From Strigamia acuminata (lineage: Eukaryota), in the NCBI GenBank assembly GCA_949358305.1, contig OX442314.1, forward strand, positions 8,060,001 through 8,124,000: a stretch of 64,000 nucleotides of DNA, read 5' to 3'. Shown here piece by piece: positions 21,665 to 33,892 of the stretch. Position numbers and translations under genes: made by a program. The stretch's first letter is position 1, and the number at the start of each line of letters is the position of its first letter. Under the pieces are notes generated by a model. It saw only the letters and a list, made by a program, of their open reading frames with translations. It ran no database searches and was not told the origin of the DNA.

Positions 21665-24600
21665 TGTTGTATTCGTTATGTATTTCCAATTAAGCATTCA
21701 ATAATGCTACAAGACACATGAGTGATTACTAATTGTTTCAAGGATCACCATGGTGATGTTGTGTGAATTCCAGAATGTATGAGTTTTAGCCGAGTGAATA
21801 AACATGTGTGTTTGTGTACGATTGAGACAGTTTCTGGAGTATTTATGTTAGGACGTAACAGTGGTATCCACGATGGGATTTGGTGTGGACAATTTTCCTG
21901 TGCTGGTTGGCGTGTGTTTTAGCGAGGTCGTTCGTGTCGATTTCGAATTTCGCGTGTGGCGAAACAGAGAGGCGCAACCGTGAGTTTTGGTCGTGTTTAC
22001 CTTTTAATGAGACGTTTTATGTTTGCATTGACGACGTGCGACATCGAAATGGCGTTTTGACGGGGAATCTGAGAGTGTTGCCCACGTCGGGTTCGATTTG
22101 TGTTGAGCTGAGCGGATCGAGGAGCGACCGTGAGTCGTCGCCGTTTACGTTTGATTATACCGAGGTTTTTGAAGGAATTAAAGACGAGAGATTCGGATCC
22201 AGTGGGCGAATTGAGTTAGAGACGTTGTCGACGTTCGTCGATCGTATTGAGGCCTATTTGAGTGAGTGGACTAATCAGCCAGAAATAATGGCACAAGTGA
22301 CGTTGGGAAGCATCCCGCCGTTTACAGGGTCGAGCCTGAACGAGTGGAAGAGCTGGCGGGAGACCTTCGCCCAATTCGTAATTTTGAATGATGTGTTAGC
22401 GCCAAAGCAGGTGCCATTGTTGTTAACAGTCATCGGCATCCCCATGTATGAGAAAATTAAACGATGGACCCACCCAAAGGAGGTGACTAAAATGGATTTG
22501 ACAGAGATTTTGGGTGTTGTGGACACTTTTTATGACTCCATCAACACACCTTATATGGCCAAACAAAAATTTGGAGCAAGGAAGCGATTAGAAGGTGAAA
22601 CCGTGGAAAAATACATCGCCACGTTGAGGATCATGTCCGAAAAGTGTGGTTTTGCGACGAAGGCCGAATCGGACAATGCCATCGTAGACCAGTTAGTCCG
22701 AGGCGTAGGAAATTCGTTTTTGGTGAGGGAAATCCTCTTGAACATGCCAATGACAGTGGACGCGGCGACAAAACGAGCTGTGGCGCACGAGATGGCGCAC
22801 ATCGCTATGGTCGGAACTGAGGAGCCATTGCCGCTTACAGAGGTGGACAAAGGCGCCACGACATCAGCAGTAATGCAGGTGTCCACGGGGAGAGGACGTG
22901 GTGGATGGAGGGGACGTGGGAGAGCTTTCCAGCAGGCGTTCCCCGGTACTGCAGGTGCGGGGCCGAGCGTTCAGACGAGGGGATCTTCACAGCGACCTTG
23001 GCGCGGGCGTCAAGGATTTGCGAGGGGACAGGCCGGCCCACCGGTAACTAGGGACGGCAGGCCAGTCCAATGCTTTCGCTGCGGAGGTCCGCATTTTGTT
23101 AGGGATTGTCCCTATGAGCCTTTGGCACCCATAACCACTCAACAGCAAGCAGCGGGGACACGCCCGGTGGCCGACTGGAGGAAGAAAAGCGACAATCAAG
23201 TTTTGACTGCCTCACTTCCCCCGACTTTTCCGTTGGACACTGACCTCGGGTATTGTGGCGCGGATTCAGAAGATAAATGGAAACAGCGAAATGTGCCAAT
23301 TAACGTCATCCAGGAACAAGAGGAAGATTTTGCGTTGTTCCAATTGGCAGCTGCGAGGTCGCGTTCGCCACCGCTGATAGTGCGCGTGACTTTGAACTTA
23401 TTAAATTTTAATTTGTGGTTGGATACAGGGAGCGAGCTGTCAGTGCTGAATGTAAAGGATTGCGATGTTTTATTGGCAAAAGGTTTATTGTTAAGGCGGG
23501 AAATTAAACCGACCGGGTTGAAACTTTTTGCTTACCAGAAACATCCTATTAGGACCTTGGGACGAGTTGCTCTCACGACAACGGTCGGCGGGATGACTGA
23601 AATAATTGATTTTGTGGTTGTTGATAGGAGCGGTCCGAGTTTGATAGGCAGAGACATAGTTGAAAAATTTGGATGGTTTAACATTTCATCTGCTTTGATT
23701 TCAGGTGGCCCGAGTTTAGATTTGACTGCAGCCCGGAGCGGAGGAGGACAGTGGCCGGGTGCATTTAAAGACGCCGGTCAGCGGTCGGTGGGTCAAGTGG
23801 AGACGTCAGCCCCTCATGTGCCACCCGTGTCAACGGAGGTTTTATTGGCCCAATTATTGGCAAAGTTCGAGCACGTTTTTGGGGAGGAATTAGGCACATA
23901 CAAGGGCGAGCCTATAGAGTTGGTATTAAAAAAAGACGCCGTCCTTAAATTCTACCGCCCTAGACCAATCCCGTTGCCGCTCCGGGGGGCAGTCGACCGT
24001 GAGATAGATCGTTTGGTGGGCCAGGGGGTTTTTCAACCAATTCCGTTTTCAGCTTGGGGGACCCCACTGGTCACTGTGGCTAAAAAAGATGGGGGGGTTC
24101 GGCTTTGCGGCGACTATAGGTCGACCGTGAACAGCAGTTTGCAGCCGGACCCCTACCCCCTACCAAAGATTGCCGAGTTGTTGGCATCCATAGGTCGTGC
24201 AAAAATTTTTAGCACTCTTCACCTGCGCCAGGCCTACTTCCAGGTCCCATTATCCCAGCGGTCGGCGGTCATTGCGGCGGTTAATACGCCGAAAGGTCTT
24301 ATGGCCGTGACGCGGTTACCGTTTGGGACGATGCCGTCCGCTGGAGTTTTCCAGCGGATCATCATCACCGTGTTGGATGGGGTCCCCAGAATATTCGTCT
24401 ATTTGGACGATATTCTGGTGGCTACCTGGACTTTACAAGAGCATTTTGAGGTGTTGGGTCTTATTTTCGCTCGCTTATCCAATAAGGGTTTACGGTTGGC
24501 GAGGGAAAAGTGTTTGTTCTGTAAAGAGGCTTTAACCTTTTTGGGCTTTCAGATCAGTTCAAGGGGCATTGAACCAATGGTGTCAAAGGTAGAGGCAGTG

Positions 24601-27484
24601 ACCGCGATCCCGCCACCAACTGACGTGAAACAACTACGCACTTTCCTTGGAATTGTTGCGTTCTACTCAGTATTTATACAGCGATTGGCCGAAAAAGCTG
24701 CGCCTCTTTACGAGTTGTTATGCGCCCAGACCGAGTGGACATGGACTGACCGCCGCCAGCGCGCTTTCGAGTGCATCAAGCGAGCGTTGACGGCGGCGCC
24801 AGTGCTGACTTATTACGACTTGCATCGCCCGTTGGTGGTTGCAACGGACGCTTCTTCTTACGGAGTCGGCGCAGTGCTGGCCCACTCGGATGACACGGAT
24901 AGGGAGTTCCCAGTGGCTTATGCCTCTCGCTCCCTTAGCCGGGCGGAATTGAATTACGCCCATATTGACAAGGAGGGGTTGGCGATAATTTTCGCAATCA
25001 AAAAGTTTCATATCTACCTCCTTGGACGTCATTTCGTGATTTACACAGATCACAAACCACTCTTGGGCATCCTGGGATCCGATCGACCAATTCCAGTTGT
25101 GGTCAGCCCCAGGATGCTCCGGTGGGCTCTAATTTTGTCCGCATACGACTACGAGCTCCGCTATAGGAAGGGAGAGTTTAATATAACGCGGATGTTTTGA
25201 GTCGTTTTCCGATAGGTGATGTGCCGAAGGACGAGGAAGAGTGGCCGACATTCTTGATCGAGTTGACCAAAGAGAACTTGCTGACCGCAAAGGATGTGGC
25301 AGCGGCCACGGCAACGGACGCCGTACTTAAGGTGGTGGTGGCTGCGGTTCTTTCCGGCTCTGGGCGCCTGCTTGTTGGGGTCCCTGTGCTAAAAGACTAT
25401 TTGATAAAGTTTGATGAGTTAAGTTTGACGACGGGGGTCCTGCTGTGGGGCGATCGAGTCGTGATTCCCGGGGGGTTGCGAGATCGCATGTTAAAATTAC
25501 TGCATGAGGGCCACCCCGGGATCGTTTCAATGAAGAAACGAGCCCGGAGTGTGGTGTGGTGGCCTGGAATCACGGCCCGGATTGTGGATTTCGTCCAAAA
25601 ATGTAATTTATGCGCGCAGAACAGGTCCCTCCCACCCCATGCACCTCCGGTTTCTTGGCCTCGCGCCGAGGAACCATGGGTTAGAGTACACATTGATTTC
25701 GCAGGCCCCATACAGAACTTTATGGTTTTGGTGCTAGTCGACGCCCATTCCGGATGGATTGAAGCCAGGGCCCTGCGGAAGGCCACTTCCGCCACCACCA
25801 TCCATGCGCTAAGACATATTTTCAGCACGTTTGGTATTCCTCACCTGCTAGTAAGCGACAACGGAACGCAATTTAAGTCGGCAGAATTTGCCGAGTTTAC
25901 GTCGAGAAACGGCATTGAGCATATGTTCTCGCCTCCCTGGCACGCACAAAGAAATGGGTTGGCTGAGAGGGCCGTGCGTTGGGTCAAGGAGAGGCTGATG
26001 AAATTCACAAAAGGGGATTTGGAGATGAGGCTGCTGCGATTAATGCTTTTTCAGCACACTGCTTTCAAGGGTCGCGACAATGAATCACCCGCAATGAGCT
26101 TTCTCGGCAGGCAGCTATTTACTTACTTAGATCTTGTCAAACCCCGTGCATTGGTGACCGGTGGCGAGCGCGATTCTCTTTGCAGAGTGTTTAGACCAAA
26201 TGATCGAGTGTGGTATAAGTCATTCCCAGATACCAAACCACCTTGGTTACCAGCGGTAGTTATGCAGAAAAAGGGCAGTTTGTTGTACACTTTACGAGAC
26301 GTCACCGCCGGGAAAGTGGTAACGAGACATGTTAATCATCTATTACGCAGGGATGAGATCGTCACAGGAGAATTGATAGGCGAGCCGTTGCCACTACCCA
26401 GTGAACACAAGCAAGTGGAGCCCGAGACGGTTACAACTGATGCGAGAGCGTACACATTGGGTGCACCAGCTAAACCGAAACTGATACCAGTGCTCCCGGG
26501 AATTGTGTTCCCAGGGCCTCCAGTGCAGCCCCCAATTTTACCTCCAGTTTTACAGCCTGTGCCAGCAGTGGAAGCGGCACCTGTGGCGGGGGCACCTGTG
26601 ATACTGACACCACCTTTTAGGGCAGTGTTACCGGCTCACGTACTGACACCGGCGCCGGAAGTGGCCCCTCGTGCGCAGGAAGAGAATGCGGGAGGTTCGC
26701 GGCCTACACCAGTGGCTGGAACGAGTGGGGCACGACCGGACTTACCAAGGCTGCAGTTTGTTGGGAACATCCTACAAGCATTGGATCAGACAACACCTGT
26801 GACGACACGTACTACTAGGGTAACTCGTAATCTTGCCCCTAATTACAGAGACTCTTCATCGGGGGAGGAGAATGGCGGCGAAGAAGATCTGATCCCGGTC
26901 ACCTACAAGCAACAGTCGCTGAGCAAGCGTACCGCAAAACGAGGATTGAGGGTGGCTGACATGACGATAACGACGCCAATTTCTCCAGAACCAGAACAGA
27001 GTCCAGAAGTCGATGATACGAGTGCGGAGGCGTCATTCAGAAGGATGATGCAAAGTCGGGAGAAAGAATAAAGTGGAGAAAGAAAAAAGAAAAGTTGGGG
27101 TTAAAATTTAAAGAGTTTATTGTGAAATACAAGTTTTAAATTGATTTGTGTAAATGTCGCGAGGGAAATTGCGACCTGTTTTAGTTTGGTAAATTATATT
27201 TGTTGAAAGTTAATTGAATTAAGTTTGGAGATGATATTGTGACTCGGCCGTTTCCTTGATTGAATTGTAATTGGAACTAGGGGAGGTATGTTGTATTCGT
27301 TATGTATTTCCAATTAAGCATTCAATAATGCTACAAGACACATGAGTGATTACTAATTGTTTCAAGGATCACCATGGTGATGTTGTGTGAATTCCAGAAT
27401 GTATGAGTTTTAGCCGAGTGAATAAACATGTGTGTTTGTGTACGATTGAGACAGTTTCTGGAGTATTTATGTTAGAACTTAACA
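21665..27484 (+). mobile_element. Ty3/gypsy LTR retrotransposon (Mag/K02A2.6-like), full length, disabled
   Basis: 196-bp LTRs 21665-21860 and 27289-27484 (2 mismatches seen); 5-bp TSD GAAAT; PBS-like TGGTATCCACGATGGGA at 21862; PPT AGGGGAGG at about 27279. Confidence 0.95.
22288..27071 (+). pseudogene. Gypsy gag-pol with a 1-nt frameshift at about 25185 and an RT catalytic D->H change
   Basis: CFRCGGPHFVRDC knuckle; LDTGSE protease; RLCGDYR, STLHLRQAY, YLDD RT; TDASSYG RNase H; HEGHPG/CNLC, HIDFAGP, SDNGTQF integrase. Restoring one base gives GEFNI-N-ADVLSRFP across the two ORFs. Confidence 0.9.
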
Positions 27485-28634
27485 GAAATGAATGGAAATA
27501 CAAATTTCCAAATCTAATTTACATTAACATTCCATACAATTACAATAATTTGCAACATCATCTTTCAGTGTTGAAAATTTATAGAAATTTAAATTTCCAA
27601 ACCTAGTTTACATTAACTTTCCACACATTTAACAAAAACTAAAATGTCATTTTTCAGTGTTGAAAATTTACATAAATTTAAATTTCCAAACCTAATTTAC
27701 ATTAGCTTTCAATACATTTAACAAAAACTTACAACATCATCTTTCAGTGTTGTAAATTTACAGAAATTCAACTTTCCATAAAATATTTCACATTTTCTTT
27801 CCATTATATTTCCAAACTGGAATTTATCCAATTTCACCATTAACTTTCCAATGACTTTTTTTTTGGAAATCCAAAATTTTTTGCAGTGCAAGTTTGAACG
27901 AACCACAAAAGCTCGTTTTGCTTTAAAACTAACTTAAAACTTGTTCAAAACGATTTTTTTAGGGTTAAAACCAACTTAAAACGACCGTTTTTGTTTAGAA
28001 CCTAATTAAAACAAACCGCAAAAGCTAGTTTAGCTTTAAAACTTGTTTAAAACTATCTTTTTTGGTTTCAAACCAAATTGAAACAAGTTTTAAACGATAG
28101 TTTTAAGTAAAACCAAGTTTGAACAAACCACAAAAGCTCGTTTTGCTTTAAAACTAACCTAAAACGAGTTTAAAACGATTTTTTTAGGGTTAAAACCAAC
28201 TTACCCATATGAAAAAATATTATAGGGTATTCTTATAGTAATATCCTATAGGGTGTACTATAATATTTTGGAACAAAAGATTATAGTACACCCTATAGTA
28301 TGTACCTATATGGTATCCTATAGTAAAATTTTATGTGGTACCCTATATGAAAATTTTATATGACACCCTATACTAAAATCCTATATGGTATCCTATAGAA
28401 TATTTTATGATGTGGCCTCATATGACCTTTATGGTCTGATCCTGTACAGAAAATAAATGACACCTTTTTTAAAAATTAGATAACAACAGCCAATAACGGC
28501 ATTGCAGCCATTGATAGCCATTTTGAATAATTGTGATGTAAAGGTCAGAATATTTAGCAAATGTTCGTGTCCATTTTTCAGAAAATTCTAAGGAATATTC
28601 TGAAAAAAGGGAGGGGGAGGAGATACAAGAAACC

Positions 28635-30416
28635 TTGTATAGTGCTCTCACAGATGTGATAAAAGAAGTCCCACCTACAAGAAGGGAAATAATTGACGCG
28701 CAGTTAGTCGACACGGAATGTAAACGCATTCGAGAGTATCTTTTATTTGACAGAATTGTTGGAATTCCAAAATCGGAAATAAAAGAATGGAAAAACAAAG
28801 TTAGAAACTATTGTTTGGACAAAAAGGAAGATGATGGCGATCAAATGATCATTTTCTTTAATCCTTCATTTGAAGAAGAGCTCAACGACTCTGGTGATGG
28901 CTTCAAAGCGATTGTTCCCAGTTCACTCATAAAACGAGTGCTGTTCGCCTGTCATGGTCACCCCTTGAGCGGCCATGCAGGAATGAGCAAAACTCTCGAG
29001 AAAACTCGATTGATATATTATTGGCCCGGAATGAGCCGAAGCGTAAGAAATTACGTTAAAAGCTGCCCGCATTGTAGTCAATACAAACCGGATCAGCAGA
29101 AAAAGCGTGCAGGCCCTTACGTGCCACATAACATGACCAATCCATGGGAACATATTAATATGGACTTAATGGGGCCAAAGCCAGCTGGGAGATCCCAAAA
29201 CCAGTACGTCTTTGTCATAATTGACAATTGTACTAAATTTGTAGAGATTAAAGCTTTAACCAAAGCCACGAGCGCTAATTGCGTTCAAGAATTAAGATCT
29301 GTTTCAAATCGTTGGGGCCACCCAAAAAAGATTGTTAGTGATAATGGAAAACAATTCGTTTCAGATATTTATAACGAATATTGCGAAACTTATCATATCC
29401 GTCCAGCTCATACGAGCACTTATCATGCTCAGGCTAACCCGACAGAGAGAGCCAACAGGGACATTAAGATTTTATTGGCGATTTACACTGATGTGCACAC
29501 CCAATGGCCGCGTTATTTAGACGAATTTGCATTCGTAATTCGTAATAACAAATCGGTGGCAACAAATGCGACGCCGATGTTGCTTAATACGGGGAGAATT
29601 GTTACCTTACCTTTCGATCCAAGAATTCTCAGGCATGCCAATCCATTTGACAAACATAAACCTGAGAAATATGTTCGAGAATTACTTGACATATTACGTA
29701 GAGCGCATCAAGAGATGCACAGAAGAATTCAATTGAATTACGAGAGACATCGTAAGATTCACGAACAAAAGTTCACAATTATTGAATTCGAAATGGGAGA
29801 TTTAGTTTAGAAACAAACTCACATTCTCTCGTGCGCAGATAAAAAGATCTCCGCAGGTCTTGCAGAGAAGCGAGACGGCCCTTGGGAGATTGTCGAGATT
29901 CTTCCAGGTAGCGCGTATAAATTACGTAAACTTGCTGATGGTTCAATCGAAAAATCAGTGAATATTAAGGCTTTATATCCTTATACGCCGTTATATCCGA
30001 TTGAAACTTGGAAAATAGGGCAGAAAACTGCTTCAAATACAGATCAGGAAAATCCTAAATGGATGGACGAAAGTAATGAACTTCCGTCACCTCCCGATCA
30101 AGAGGAAATAATTCCTGAAACTCCTACGGAAGTTCCGATGGAATTATCCGACTCGCCTCAAGTACAGACTAAAGGATCTGTACACGAAAAGTCTAAACAT
30201 AGACATGGACAGCGATTAATTGCTGTAGAGAAGAAAGCAGCAGTGGAACGAGGAGAACCTCTAATGAAACCTCTTCGCAAACCACGTAAACCCCAGAAAC
30301 TAGTTGAACGAACTAGCACGCGTCCTCGAAGAGAGCGAATTCCAAATCCAAAATATTCAGATGAAAATTTCGTGCGAAATATTACGACAGTATTTAGGAA
30401 GCCTTACCAGCAATGA
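28635..30416 (+). pseudogene. 5'-truncated Gypsy pol (integrase H2C2 finger, core and GPW-type C-terminus) with one premature stop at 29808
   Basis: HGHPLSGHAG..CPHC, NMDLMGP, SDNGKQF, QANPTERANR; the reading frame continues past TAG (GDLV*KQTH..RDGPWEIVE) into ORF 29958-30416. Confidence 0.9.
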
Positions 30417-30533
30417 GATAGAATCTCAATGTTTATTTAGGATTTAATAAAGTTTTATTCAAAACTTGGTATGTGTATTTATTTACATGTCTAAATTCGT
30501 GTAGTGATTTAAATCTCAACACCGGGGGACATA

Positions 30534-30703
30534 CCGTACTGCCTTGAACAATGGCCCGGCGTAAATAAGCGCCGGGACTCGAATAAACGCCGGGGGCTCG
30601 GCGGCGCTTAGTGCACCAAACGCCGCCCCGAACTGACCCGACCGGGGTGGGGTCGGGTCAAGAAAATAAATAAACGCCCGGGCCATTGTTCAAGGCAGTA
30701 CGG
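30534..30703. mobile_element. 170-bp MITE, Tc1/mariner-pogo type
   Basis: 26-bp TIR CCGTACTGCCTTGAACAATGGCCCGG; TA TSD on both sides. Confidence 0.9.
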
Positions 30704-31688
30704 TAATAAACACATATTTTTGTCAAGTTTATATTAAATATAGATTTGTCCCAAAATTAATTAGTTTCAGAAGATTATCTCATTAATTTGTTTTATTCGA
30801 GATATGAAAGTATTTTCTGATTAGAAAATACAAAGATTTACTTGAAATAAGTAATCTCGTCTTCTTACGAAGACACGTGATTATCGAAGTGCGATTAAAC
30901 CTCGAACCCGATTTAAAAAGGGGATAAAAAATCCCAGGGTTCATTGCACACACACACTTCAACACGTGGACACCAGTCTACTCGTCTCTACCTTTTCTTC
31001 GCTCGTCGAGAAAGATTAAAACGAACGGACTTATCCATTAAGTGAGAGTTTGCGGAAATTTAGGAGTTCCTAAAAACGTTAATTACGTAAGTAAATCTTG
31101 AATTCTTTTTCAAAGAGTTGTAAATTGTTCGTAACATTCGTCCACGGTGTCCCGATAAAGTTTTAATCAAAACTGGGACAAATTCACGTGTAGTTATAAA
31201 CGTGACTTAGCTAATTTAGCGGGAGGATTAATTATTCTATCGAATAAATTAGGTGGCTTGAATTTAGACAAGTATTTGTTAATTTAAGCGTAGTAGCACT
31301 AATTATTTAAATTAAGTCGCGGTCGAGGCTTGGGTAAATTTTATTCGTAATAAATTCCCAACCAAAGTTTATTCGGTATTTTATTTTTACTCACACGCGG
31401 AATAGAATAATTAATTATTCGGAACTAGATTTTTCTATAGAAAGGTCAGTTTAAAAGAATTTTCGAGAGAAAAACTCAACAAGTTGCGATTTTGAAAATC
31501 CTTCGGGCGAGTCTATTCTCTTGTCATAAACACAAGGGGACATGAGTCACTAAGTGCCATGTGATACAAGTTATAAATAACTCGGTTTACACGAAGTAGT
31601 TACGAACGTAGTTTGCAATTTTTTGGATACAAAGAATTTTGGAGTTTGAAGTGAAAATTATTTTAATAAATGATTTACTTTATTTAGA

Positions 31689-33170
31689 ATGGGTTCAAAT
31701 AAACATCATTCTAAACGAAGTCATCGTCGGCATCGACGAAGCCCCAGTTCTAGCTCGTCCACCTCAACGGAGGACGAACAGCGTCGTTCCGCCGAGCTTA
31801 ACCTGTTGAGATTGCAACAAATTGCACCCGTGTCGACGTTCAATCTGACGCCGCTTCAATTAGCCGCTTTGAACTGGATTGGCTCACACCCGGAATTCCT
31901 TCCGCCCGATATGCAAGTGAATGCACCGCTACCGACGGAAGTTCTTTCCAGAATAAGTGCACAGCTGACTATTTCTGAGCCAGCTCCAGTGGCCCAATTG
32001 GCCCCGCTCGCACAACTGGTACACCCGCCGACTAATGTCATCAGTGTTCCGCTGGCCCCACACACACCAGTGTTTCAGCCACCCGTAGCAAGTGTTCCGC
32101 CAATCGTCGCGAATACTTCCACTGTCCGTGCGCCAGTTACAACGTTAGCTGCGAATCCAGGATGGATTCCCGCCGGAGCAGAATCGTCTGCTTCTTCGTC
32201 TGGATGGACGGAACCTCCGCCAGGAGCGTTTCGTATACCGGCTTCGACGACTCGTTTCAACGAGCAGCGTATGGCTTATAAAGCCAAGAAGAAGGACGAG
32301 GCGGCCCGACTGCGCCGTGAGCAGTGTGCGCGTGATATTGCGCAGGGAATCCCCCACGACAATATCGTGACTGACCAAAAAACGCAGACCATCTGCCCGT
32401 TTTGTGTTGGTTGTGGGTGGTGTTGCGGTGCTTCCGCCGGCTCTTCTCTCATGAGATGTCCCAACTGCCGAGGCACGAAGGTGCGACTGCGTTCAGAGCC
32501 CTGGCGCAAAGAAGTGGAGCCCCACGTCGTGAAGGGGATGAAGTCGAACGAGAAGAGATGCTGGGCTCACTGCCCAATCTGTCGCGTGTTTCTCAATGCT
32601 CGAGGAGAAGCCGTCTACATTGACTCCAGGTTCCTTACCAAGGAAAGAGCAGCTGCCAATGCAGGATTGACGGTCGAAGCTTTTCGACACCCGCCTTCAT
32701 CGAACGCATCTGAGATTTCAGACGAAACGGTGCAAGAAGTTGGGAGCGTCGAGGAAGAAGTGGTTACTCGCCCGAGAACCATGTCTCGTGGGCGAGGATG
32801 CCTTACGCTGGACAAAGCTAAAGCAATTGCCCAGGAACAGCGACAAAACATTGTCGCTCGAGGACGAGCCCGCCGGCTCCAGAAGATCGTGACGGAGCAG
32901 AGCAAACAACCAGTGGCCAAGTCGGATATTTCCGACGAGTCGAAGTACGAGGATGCCGAGGAGAACCCGATTTCTATCGTCGATTTCGTGGCTGATCTTT
33001 TGGAAGATTTGCCGTTCCCTCCACCGAGTCCAGAGGAAGTGAAAAAACCCGAGGAAGCTGTGTTTTCCGCCGTCTCCACCGAGGTGACTGAAGAATCTTC
33101 AGATTTCCTAACCTCAACTGAAGTTGAGAAACCGGTTGAGAAGTCGACTGACGTCGAGAAGAAAGAGTAG
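31689..33170 (+). CDS. Accessory Cys-rich zinc-finger-like protein (493 aa) between pol and the 3' LTR
   Basis: Intact ORF; basic His/Arg/Ser N-terminus; CPFCVGCG, CPNCRGTK and CWAHCPIC motifs; acidic C-terminus; no signal peptide or TM segment seen. Confidence 0.8.
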   Translation: MGSNKHHSKRSHRRHRRSPSSSSSTSTEDEQRRSAELNLLRLQQIAPVSTFNLTPLQLAALNWIGSHPEFLPPDMQVNAPLPTEVLSRISAQLTISEPAPVAQLAPLAQLVHPPTNVISVPLAPHTPVFQPPVASVPPIVANTSTVRAPVTTLAANPGWIPAGAESSASSSGWTEPPPGAFRIPASTTRFNEQRMAYKAKKKDEAARLRREQCARDIAQGIPHDNIVTDQKTQTICPFCVGCGWCCGASAGSSLMRCPNCRGTKVRLRSEPWRKEVEPHVVKGMKSNEKRCWAHCPICRVFLNARGEAVYIDSRFLTKERAAANAGLTVEAFRHPPSSNASEISDETVQEVGSVEEEVVTRPRTMSRGRGCLTLDKAKAIAQEQRQNIVARGRARRLQKIVTEQSKQPVAKSDISDESKYEDAEENPISIVDFVADLLEDLPFPPPSPEEVKKPEEAVFSAVSTEVTEESSDFLTSTEVEKPVEKSTDVEKKE

Positions 33171-33892
33171 AAATTTAACATTTGTTTTTTCGAGTGGATA
33201 CTTTAAATTTAAAGTATGCCAAGTGTTGTTTGTTGTGTTTTCAAGTGTGATTTCGTTTATCTTCGAATTAAGAATAATTTGTTTAAATGTTTGAAGATTT
33301 TTGAACTAATTATTAATATTCATGAGAATAAGTTTGATTTAAGATTGGATTCAAGTCTGAATTCAATTTATTTTGATCTTGATTATTATCATAATAAGAT
33401 GTGTTGTGTTTTGAATTACATAATGATTTGTGTTTTTTTTTTTTTACTTTGATCAAAGTTTAAAAGACTTCGAGTTGAAGTCAGTTTTCATTTTTATAAC
33501 AACCGTAATAAAGAATGATTCTTAGATTAGATTTGATAAATAAAGTTTTGCATAAATTTATTTAATTGTCTCATCTAACTTATATAAACTACGGAGAAGT
33601 TTATTTTGATCAGAGAAGTTAAGATTTCCATCGAAATCCGCACTGTCGAACATGAGTACGAGTTCGGACAAGTTCATTTCGTTGCTTGGCAACCGGGAGA
33701 TGTGCTGTGCGGGAAAGCCGATTAGTCTAATCGTTCTACGATGTGTCTGAAAGAAATTAGTTGATTAATTTTGAATAAAATAAGAAGGTACGAGTCGAGT
33801 CTGATAATTCAATAGAATTTGGTGAACATTTCTTAAGATATTAAGAATGACAATTAGAGAGTTGGAAACTCTATGCTTGTCACCGGGGGATG

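Larger units (their letters stand above)
20745..27888. mobile_element. Non-autonomous CACTA/EnSpm-like DNA transposon hosting a Gypsy
   Basis: Termini CACTGTAAAAAAAATT ... AATTTTTTGCAGTG; 3-bp TSD CAA (20742-20744, 27889-27891); many subterminal TTTCCAAA repeats; internal (TCCTGAA)n at about 21123-21330. Confidence 0.75.

Noticed and set aside
21880..22287. Extended N-terminus of the Gypsy ORF
   Set aside because: TTG start within the leader; Gag more plausibly starts at ATG 22288.
15009..33170. Both accessory ORFs are exactly 1482 nt (493 aa)
   Set aside because: No sequence similarity is visible between them; treated as coincidence.
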